From the NCBI RefSeq assembly GCF_006345805.1, contig NW_021829286.1, forward strand, positions 1 to 6,705: a stretch of DNA of 6,705 nucleotides, in the 5' to 3' direction. Source of the DNA: Octopus sinensis. Taxonomy: Eukaryota. A program made the position numbers and the translations under genes. Shown one piece after another: positions 1 through 6,624 of the stretch. Below the pieces are notes generated by a model. That model searched no databases and was not told where the DNA came from. It worked only from the letters and a program-made list of their open reading frames with translations. How positions within the stretch are numbered: position 1 is the stretch's first letter; every line of letters starts with the position of its first letter.

Positions 1-50
1 GTAGGTAAATGCATTTACGTATACATACATACTTACATATATATTCCTCT

Positions 51-52
51 GT

Positions 53-100
<48 letters not shown>

Positions 101-111
101 TGTGTGTGTGG
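51..111. repeat. Compound (GA)n-(GT)n microsatellite
   Basis: GA dinucleotide run from about 53-98 with one interruption, followed directly by a GT run to about 111. Confidence 0.95.
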
Positions 112-244
112 GTATAACATAAGAACCTACGTAAGATATGCTAGCTGTGTGATACTATGATGGATTCGATATTTATCGATTAACATGTAAAAGAAATCAC
201 TGATTTACAGAATTGTACAACACAAGCACATCAGAAATGTACTG

Positions 245-455
245 TTTGTTTATGCTTTTGCGTTTTCCCATCATTAGACTGCGGCCATGCTGAGGCACCG
301 CCTTGAATTTTCAGTCGAACGAATCGACCCCAGTACTTATATTTTAATCCTGGTACTTATTCTATCGGTCTCTTTTGCCGAACTGCTATGTTACGGGGCT
401 GCAAACACACCAGCGCTGGTTGGCGAGTGGTGATGGAGGACAAACAGACAGACAC
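245..455 (-). mobile_element. SINE 3' half (octopus-type bipartite SINE), minus strand
   Basis: Reverse complement reads ...CCCCGTAACATAGCAGTTCGGCAAAAGAGACCGATAGAATAAGTACCAGG...AAGTACTGGGGTCGATTCGTTCGACT...GGCGGTGCCTCAGCATGGCCGCAGTC, then an A-rich tail. This matches my recollection of the 3' portion of an abundant Octopus SINE. Internal support: the GAATAAGTACCAG and AAGTACTGGGGTCG blocks recur in the opposite orientation at 1911-1939. Confidence 0.75.
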
Positions 456-558
456 ACACACATAGATATCTACATAAATGCATACGTACGTGCATACATA
501 CATATACGGGTATGTACTTGTGTGTGTGTGTGTGTGTGTGTATACAAACATACATATA
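446..558. repeat. Mixed (CA)n/(TACA)n/(GT)n linker between the two SINE halves
   Basis: ACAG/CA repeats at about 446-461, degenerate TACA/TA units, and (GT)n at about 517-541. Confidence 0.85.
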
Positions 559-721
559 GGCGCAGGCATAGCTGTGTGGTAAGAAGCTTGCTTCCCACCC
601 ACCTGGTTCCAGGTTCAATCCAACTGCGTGGCACATTCCGTAAGTGTCTTCTATTATACCCACGAGCCGACCAAAGATTTGTGAAGGGATTTTGCAGACG
701 GGAACTAAAAGAAGTCCATCG
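559..721 (+). mobile_element. tRNA-derived SINE 5' half (tRNA head plus CORE-like block), copy 1
   Basis: Pol III A-box-like TAGCTGTGTGG (569-579) and B-box-like GGTTCAATCC (612-621). Aligns end to end with the copy at 4854-4999. Confidence 0.88.
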
Positions 722-792
722 TATACATACATACATACATACATACATACATACATACATACATACATACATACATACATACAAATACATAC
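722..792. repeat. (TACA)n tetranucleotide microsatellite
   Basis: Near-perfect TACA array directly after the SINE 5' half. Confidence 0.95.
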
Positions 793-939
793 ACACTGGT
801 AGAGATGTGGCAACATTTGAAATATTGTTGAGGTTTATGCAGCTGATGAGGATAAATCAATTATACGATTGGCATTCGTATTTTCAAAAATCCGAAACCG
901 GTACTGCATTATCCGTTATCTAGGTTTTTCATTTTTCAG

Positions 940-954
940 ATGTTCATCCTAGAG
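940..954 (+). CDS. Candidate 15-nt microexon ATGTTCATCCTAGAG (phase 0: MFILE; phase 1: xVHPR; phase 2: contains TAG)
   Basis: Polypyrimidine acceptor gtttttcatttttcAG (AG 938-939), near-consensus donor GAG|GTAAGA (GT 955-956), length a multiple of 3, set in unique sequence. No transcript evidence. Confidence 0.55.
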
Positions 955-1166
955 GTAAGACAATTTTTTTCATGTTTGTTGCACACACGCATCTTTACTA
1001 GTACATACGCAGTGAAGTTATACATTAGCGTCGTATTTATTACGTTCGCTATTTCCAGTAAATATCGGTACTTCGTTGTACCATTTATTTACTTTTATGT
1101 ATAATTTTACCCTCACGGGCGATTCTTTACTGGAAAGCAATACTCTCGTATTGCATTACTATTTTC

Positions 1167-1168
<2 letters not shown>

Positions 1169-1229
<61 letters not shown>

Positions 1230-1244
1230 CCACACACACACACA
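1169..1244. repeat. (TA)29 followed by a short (CA)n
   Basis: Perfect TA run 1169-1226, then CA run to about 1244. Confidence 0.95.
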
Positions 1245-1674
1245 TACCTATAAATTGATTAATTGAATGAAATTGATTATCAAGCTTTCACTTTTATATT
1301 AAAATACGGAAGACAGTAGGGATTATAATTTTTGAATGACTTAATAAATTGGTCGCTGTTTAGTTACATATTTAGGAGTTGGTCGTAATTTACTTGAAAT
1401 TATTTACCGATACGCTTGTACATTGGGTAAATATGTTTGGAGGTTGTGGTTTCTTTGGTTTGTTTGTTCCCAAGCAACACTTATTTTAGTGCTGTTGACA
1501 CCGCCGGATTGAATGGTACTGCCCAGGTGTCAAAACCATAATGATATCCGAGAGGCAGCTGATGATGGAGGGATGCTGGATTGTTGGTATGGCTGCTTTT
1601 GTATATGTGGAATATTGTTATAACTCATCCTTTCGATGCGTTGGAACTGCATATCTCGAAAACCACGAAAGGCA

Positions 1675-1785
1675 CCATCATCATCATCTCCCTCATCATT
1701 ATGTGTGTGTGTGTGTTTTTTTGTGTGTGTGTGTATGTGTGTGTATGTGTGTGTATGTGTTTGTGTGTTTGTGTGTTTGTGTGTG
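1675..1785. repeat. Short (CAT)n followed by degenerate (GT)n
   Basis: CATCATCATCATC at about 1676-1688 and an interrupted GT array at about 1702-1785. Confidence 0.9.
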
Positions 1786-1821
1786 GCCCTGTACCAAAGT
1801 TTGAAGCCATTGTTATTGTTT

Positions 1822-1951
1822 AAAGCGGCGAATTGTCAGAAACTTTAGAGCGCCTTGCGAAATGCTTAACGGCATTTCTCCCGTGTGAGATTAGACTTTA
1901 GCGCTCGACCGAATAAGTAACAGTCAAGTACTAAGGTCGCAATAATCTACT
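1822..1951 (+). mobile_element. Decayed, internally deleted SINE relic (possibly MetaSINE-like domain)
   Basis: AAAGCGGCGAATTGTCAGAAACTTTAG...CGAAATGCTTAACGGCATTTC resembles, from memory, the head of a second Octopus SINE. GAATAAGTAACAG (1911-1923) and AAGTACTAAGGTCG (1926-1939) match the reverse complements of 350-362 (12/13) and 325-338 (12/14). Confidence 0.65.
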
Positions 1952-1958
1952 TTCTCTA

Positions 1959-1960
<2 letters not shown>

Positions 1961-2000
<40 letters not shown>
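1961..2000. repeat. (CA)n microsatellite
   Basis: Direct observation; likely the tail of the preceding relic. Confidence 0.95.
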
Positions 2001-2001
<1 letters not shown>

Positions 2002-2059
2002 TACAGATTTCAAACTGTGGGTCTTAAACCTACAGAAAGAATTATCATTATTATTGTTG

Positions 2060-2240
2060 TTGATTAGCTTCAGATATTTCCTGATCGCACTGATCTTTGA
2101 CGTTGATGTCATGTAGTGCATCTTGGACTACATCATCAAATGTGTTCTTCTTTCCCTATGATAGCAGAATGTAATTTGAGGGAATTTCTGCTGCTGTATC
2201 TAGCAGATCGTGCAAATACACGGAGAGTCCTCCAAGGCAC
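2060..2240. mobile_element. Probable diverged interspersed repeat fragment
   Basis: Blocks GTAGTGCATCTTGGACTACATCATCAAATGTG and TTTGAGGGAATTTCTGCTGCTGTATCTAGCAG resemble an octopus interspersed repeat I recall. No second copy in the window, so this cannot be verified here. Confidence 0.35.
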
Positions 2241-2309
2241 GTGACTCATAGCGGGTTATTGGGGAATTCACTTCACATTAATATCGTCCATTTTGCATTC
2301 AGTAAATTT

Positions 2310-2408
2310 CTGTGTGTATATATCTATACACACACATAGGGAGAGAGAGACATATATATGCATACATATTTATGTACACACACACACACACATACATACA
2401 TACATACA

Positions 2409-2444
<36 letters not shown>

Positions 2445-2845
2445 TATATATACACGCACATACATACACACACACATATATATGTATGCAATATATATAT
2501 ATATATGTCTGTGTATGCATATATATGTGGGTGTATGTGAATATATGCATACATATTTATGCCTACACGCACACATACGCACACACATACATATAATATA
2601 TATATACACGCACATACACACACATACATATATGTATGCAATATATATATATATATGTCTGTGTATGTATATATATGTGGGTGTATGTGAATATATGCAT
2701 ACATATTTATGCACACACATACACACACACACACACATATATATATACGCACACACACACACATATATATATGTATATGTCTGTGTATGCATATATATAT
2801 GTGGGTGTATGTGAATATATGCATGCATATGTATGTGAGTGTGTG
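2310..2845. repeat. Composite CA/TACA/TA/GT microsatellite block with higher-order tandem units
   Basis: Anchor GTGGGTGTATGTGAATATATGCAT starts at 2527, 2677 and 2801. CATACATATTTATG starts at 2361, 2548 and 2698. Confidence 0.9.
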
Positions 2846-3009
2846 TAATAGCTAAAAAAAACATTAAAATTACTAAAGAAGAAAATAAATGGTAAAATAA
2901 TTTATATTCATATTTTTTATTGAAATGTGGAACATAGTTTTTTTCTTTTTTTGAGTGTGGAAGATTCGAAGCATTTTTTAATAAAAAAAACAAAAACTTA
3001 ATAAACATC

Positions 3010-3220
3010 ATTGGTGTTTGACACTACAACAATATATGCGGAGCCACGTGGCACATCCAGTGTCACCGTGTTATTGAGATCGTCGTACATGCGATTGCAA
3101 TTACTTTAAATATATTTTTTGTTGAGTATAATTTTGTTCCATATGCGACAGTGAGCGCGCGGTTGGACGAGAGGAGATGCGCATGCGTTCATTTCATTCA
3201 TCGAGAGCAAAATAGCAAAC
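3010..3220 (+). promoter_or_regulatory. CpG-enriched putative promoter/enhancer island
   Basis: About 15 CpGs in about 210 bp against an AT-rich background. Palindromic E-box GCCACGTGGC (3043-3052), GCGCGCGG near 3155-3162, NRF1-like TGCGCATGCGT (3178-3188), and Inr-like TCATTT/TCATTC (3189-3199). Strand is inferred from the Inr-like motifs only. Confidence 0.45.
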
Positions 3221-3739
3221 CGGCAGACATTTTTTAATTATATTTTATTTCTATATTTTCAGGTTTATTCTTTTCATTTTCATTTATTCATTCATTCATT
3301 TATTTATTTATCTATTTTATTTCATTACATCTGAGCAGAGTCCATGAATGCCATAGTTTTTGTCTCTCTTTTCGAGTGAGGTGTTGCGTGGTGCGGCAGC
3401 CGACTCGACTGTCATCGCGCCATTACATCCATCGAGCGTGTCTATATGTATATCTTATGCGTTTATACGCCTGTGTGTATGTGCGCCTATCATAGCATGT
3501 ATGCGCTTGCATGTATACTGCTTGGCAGTGTGTGATTCCCTGCATGAACCTCTATATGTATTTCATTATTAATATTTTCGGCTGTACGAGAATAGTTCTT
3601 GCTATTCATATTGCATTTTGATCTTGCATCCATCAATATGTGTTGCGCATTTTCTTTCTTTTATTTTAATTATTGCTGTATCTTTTGATTTAGTTATTTT
3701 GACATGTAAGCGATTGCTGTGGCACTACGTATTTATGTT

Positions 3740-4040
3740 TTTTTTTTCGACTCGAGCCATGCCTGGCTCATAAGGGCCTGTTTCCCGGTTTCTTGGCGTA
3801 TAGGTTCCCCACCTGGACGGGACGCCGGTCCAAAGCAGTTGATCTGTAAGATGCAGGAGGAAAGAGTGAGAGAAGGTTGTGCCGAAAGAGTCAGCAGAAG
3901 TTCGCCATTACCTTCTGCCGGAGCCGCGTGGAGCTTAGGTGTTTCGTTCATAAACACACACATAGCCCGCTCTGAGTTTCGAACCTGCGATCCCTCGACC
4001 TCGAGTCCGCAGCTCTAACCACAAGGCCATCTGCCTCCAC
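3740..4040 (-). mobile_element. tRNA-derived SINE, copy A of tandem dimer
   Basis: Minus-strand A-box TGGCCTTGTGG (4029-4019), B-box GGTTCGAAACT (3985-3975), CORE-like GTGTTTATGAACGAAACACCTAAGCTCCAC, and A-rich tail. Roughly 90% identical by eye to copy B. Confidence 0.9.
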
Positions 4041-4050
4041 TACTAAATAG

Positions 4051-4359
4051 GTTGTTGTTTGTTCCTTCTCGAGCCATGCCTGGCTTATAAGGGCCTGTTT
4101 CCCGGTTTCCTTGGCGTATAGGTTCCCCACCTGGACGGGATGCCGGTCCGTCGCAGGTGAGCTGCAAGATGCAGGAGGAAAGAGTGAGAGAAAGTTGTGG
4201 CGAAAGTGTCAGCAGAAGTTTCGCCATTACCTTCAGCCGGAACCGCGTGGAGCTTAGGTGATTCGCTCATAAACACACACATCGCCCAGTCTGAGATTCG
4301 AACCCGCGATCCCTCGACCGCAAGTTCGCTTCTCTAACCACTAGGCCATGTGCCTCCAC
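4051..4359 (-). mobile_element. tRNA-derived SINE, copy B of tandem dimer
   Basis: Minus-strand A-box TGGCCTAGTGG (4348-4338), B-box GGTTCGAATCT (4304-4294), and tail AAGGAACAAACAACAAC (4067-4051). Body 4068-4359 aligns with 3751-4040. Confidence 0.9.
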
Positions 4360-4523
4360 ATTTATGTTATATAATCTCCTCATTATATAAAATGTTATTT
4401 CCATAGATGTATTCTGATTTGTGTCTCGTAGTAAATATATACAAAATAGGTAGGTGCGATATTTCTGCAAAGACAGCTTTTCCAAAAAGTGCATAATATA
4501 TGATGTTTGCGTATACGTACATA

Positions 4524-4628
4524 TAGTAATCCCTCGACTATTGCGGGTCTTATGTTCCATAAACCTCAACGAAAGGTGAAAATTCTCGAGGTAGATACAG
4601 TACTGTATGTTTATTATTATTATTATTA

Positions 4629-4679
<51 letters not shown>

Positions 4680-4794
4680 AATTTGTATATATTTATTTTA
4701 TTATAAATGCAAAACAGCGCTACGGAGGAATCGACATAAACTTAAACAATAGACCTCGATAGGCGAACCGCGAAGTGGCGATGTGGGATTATTG
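4524..4794. mobile_element. Non-autonomous Tigger/pogo-like (Tc1/mariner superfamily) MITE
   Basis: Imperfect TIRs: left TAGTAATCCCTCGACTATTGCGG, right (reverse complement) CAATAATCCCACATCGCCACTTCGCGG. TA dinucleotides flank both ends (4522-4523, 4795-4796). CAGTA-type termini with a TA target duplication are characteristic of pogo/Tigger. No transposase ORF. Confidence 0.7.
4611..4678. repeat. (ATT)n microsatellite inside the MITE
   Basis: About 22 ATT units with one interruption near 4630. Confidence 0.95.
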
Positions 4795-4826
<32 letters not shown>

Positions 4827-4828
4827 CA
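4795..4828. repeat. (TACA)n microsatellite starting at the MITE right TA
   Basis: Direct observation. Confidence 0.9.
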
Positions 4829-4853
4829 AACCTACGGATGTATATATACACAA

Positions 4854-4999
4854 GGGCGTAGCTGTGTGGAACGAAGCTTGCTTCCCAACCACAAGGTACC
4901 GGGTCCAGTCTCACTGCGTGGCACCTTGGGCAAGTGTCTTGGGCTGACCAAAGCCTTATGAGAGTGGTTTTGGTCGACGGAAACTGAAAGAAACCCGTT
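4854..4999 (+). mobile_element. tRNA-derived SINE 5' half, copy 2 (13-nt internal deletion relative to copy 1)
   Basis: A-box TAGCTGTGTGG (4859-4869), degenerate B-box GGTCCAGTCT (4902-4911), CORE-like CACCTTGGGCAAGTGTCTT (4922-4940). Lacks CTATTATACCCAC present in copy 1. Confidence 0.88.
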
Positions 5000-5030
5000 C
5001 ACTCGAATCATTCTTGCCACATTCGCTCAC

Positions 5031-5249
5031 CTTTCGACGAATTTATTGGGAGATTCCTTCTCCATCCTCACTTTCGTTTTTAGAGGTGGACCTAAAAAAA
5101 CTGGAGCCGCTGTCGTCAGATCGCCAAGTTTAAGGACTGAGATTAGATGGACCGAATCTGATTTTAAAATCGCTAAGCGCACCAGCGTCAGGGATCGGTA
5201 AACATTAAAGGTATGCCGTATTTCTTCGTGATATTCGGACACGAAGAAA
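5031..5249 (-). CDS. Alternative interpretation: 219-nt symmetric phase-2 exon on the minus strand (FFVSEYHEEIRH...PNKFVER)
   Basis: Minus acceptor ttgtttttcttatggcAG (5251-5250), donor AAG|GTGAGC (5030), frame open for 72 codons. It overlaps the + candidate antisense, and other splice signals in the window favour the + strand. Confidence 0.22.
5084..5197 (+). CDS. Candidate 114-nt symmetric phase-2 coding exon, (x)GGPKKTGAAVVRSPSLRTEIRWTESDFKIAKRTSVRD(R); protein not recognised
   Basis: Acceptor cctcactttcgtttttAG (AG 5082-5083). The frame is open for 37 codons and closes exactly at donor CG|GTAAAC (5198). The other two frames contain stops. GC content is higher than the flanks. Confidence 0.5.
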
Positions 5250-5307
5250 CTGCCATAAGAAAAACAACAATCATATAACTTACTTACCAGGTCTTTTTTT
5301 TTTACAG

Positions 5308-5348
5308 TTTTATGGTGATATGATCAGATCTATCTGTTAAATTTCCTG
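5308..5348 (+). other. Candidate 41-nt cassette exon with stop codons in all three frames
   Basis: Strong acceptor (long T tract then acAG, AG 5306-5307) and donor CTG|GTATGT (5349). TGA or TAA occurs in every phase. Confidence 0.35.
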
Positions 5349-5705
5349 GTATGTGCTGAGTCCAAATTATTGGATTTTTACCTGTTTGAATTTATTCGGT
5401 ATAAACCGAGAATAATTTAGCTGTTATTTCTGGATGCTCATTCGTCAACTTGGTACATAAGAGTCAATATATGCACAACTATATTAGGTACACTAAGGTA
5501 GACATATACCAGTATATGTGTGAAATACGAGCCTCTTTTGTCTTTCAGTCTACATTTCCACACACACACACACACACACATGCGTTTCATATAGACATAA
5601 GTGTATATATGATTACGTTGTTATGCATATACAATTCTGTGCATGTGTATTTAGATGGGTATCTACTTATATTTAAAATTCTATACCAGCTTATACAAAT
5701 GCATA

Positions 5706-6150
5706 GAGCCATTTCATATATATATATATATAGAGGAGAGAGAGAGAGAGAGAGAAAGAGAGGGAGAGAGAGAGACAGACAGACAGATAGACAGACAAAG
5801 AGAGAGACAGAGAGACAGAGAAAGAGAAAGAGAGAGAGATGTACATATATATATATATATACACATATAGGCAAACATCCATACACGCATACACGCATAT
5901 ACTATCTACCTATTTATCTATACATACATATATGAATACATATATATATACATATATGTGTATATATATATATATATGCATTTATATATACATATATATA
6001 TGTGTATATATACATATATATATATATACATATATATTTATATATGTATGCATATATATATATATGCATAAATATATGTATGTATATATATATATATATA
6101 TATATGTATGCATGCATGTGTATATATATATATATATATATATATGTACG
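5706..6150. repeat. Composite (TA)n-(GA/GACA)n-(TA/TACA/TG)n microsatellite block
   Basis: TA at about 5706-5732, GA/GACA at about 5733-5838, degenerate TA-rich array at about 5840-6150. A short (CA)n also occurs at about 5560-5581. Confidence 0.92.
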
Positions 6151-6301
6151 TATGTTCACAAGTGTGCACATAAATACGGTTGAAGAATCGTTGCATGAAG
6201 AATTGCTATGCGAAATGATCAACGTGCAATTTCTCAGACGCTCCAATGCATTTTATCCATCGTGAAAGCAATAACGGTAAACGTTGATAGCGGCGATATA
6301 T

Positions 6302-6466
6302 TATTGATGTTGTACTTGTTGTCGTTGTTGCTGTTGTTGTTGTTGTTGTTGTTATGCTTTCTATAGTCACTACCATCATCACCATCATCACCATTACCAT
6401 TTTAATTATCATTATTGAATAGTATTTTCAACAGTATTGTTGCTATTATTTTCACCATCATCATCA

Positions 6467-6520
<54 letters not shown>

Positions 6521-6585
6521 TATTATTATCATCATCGTTGTTATTGTTGCTGTTGTTGTAGTTGTTGTTATTGTTGTTATTGTTA
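6302..6585. repeat. Mosaic trinucleotide microsatellite (GTT, ACC/ATC, ATT, ATC, GTT)
   Basis: Direct observation of successive triplet tracts. Confidence 0.92.
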
Positions 6586-6624
6586 TACTTCCACTGATTT
6601 CCGCTATTTCCGCTGCTACTCCAG

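Noticed and set aside
1-18. Possible donor GTAG|GTAAAT and 14-bp palindrome GTAAATGCATTTAC (5-18)
   Set aside because: At the window edge with no upstream context. It is compatible with a + strand gene but not supportable alone.
157-203. Possible C/D snoRNA (ATGATGG ... CTGA)
   Set aside because: Imperfect C box, too short, no terminal stem and no recognisable antisense guide.
357-923. ORFs of 81-182 aa rich in YIHT/CVCV/THTH
   Set aside because: They are translations of microsatellites and SINE sequence, which lack stops in some frames by construction.
1490-1545. Acceptor ttattttAG (1488-1489) and 8-bp inverted repeat TTGACACC/GGTGTCAA (1495-1502, 1526-1533)
   Set aside because: Nearby donors are weak, all frames stop quickly, and a single 8-bp stem with a 23-nt loop is expected by chance.
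2361-2830. Repeat-spacer-like periodicity resembling a CRISPR array
   Set aside because: Eukaryotic context, the spacers are homologous microsatellite tracts rather than unique sequences, and no cas genes are present.
2293-3011. Stack of overlapping ORFs up to 213 aa on both strands
   Set aside because: They lie almost entirely within the composite dinucleotide repeat block and give low-complexity products.
3745-3780. Hammerhead-like CTTATGAG...hairpin...CTCGA on the minus strand
   Set aside because: The core deviates from CUGAUGA (CUUAUGA in copy A, CUUAUAA in copy B), GAAA is not correctly placed after stem II, and stems I and III could not be identified.
3975-4040. tRNA gene-like A and B boxes here and at 569-621, 4294-4359 and 4859-4911
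   Set aside because: No complete cloverleaf or acceptor stem and no oligo-T terminator. They continue into repeat bodies, so they are SINE heads rather than tRNA genes.
3719-4569. Paired ORFs such as MCVFMNETPKL and MCVFMSESPKL
   Set aside because: They are readings of the non-coding SINE dimer, and the two copies differ by frameshifting indels.
5250-5287. Perfect minus-strand donor CTG|GTAAGT (5287) paired with the acceptor at 5250
   Set aside because: It would define a 38-nt intron, which is implausibly short, and no good upstream minus exon is visible.
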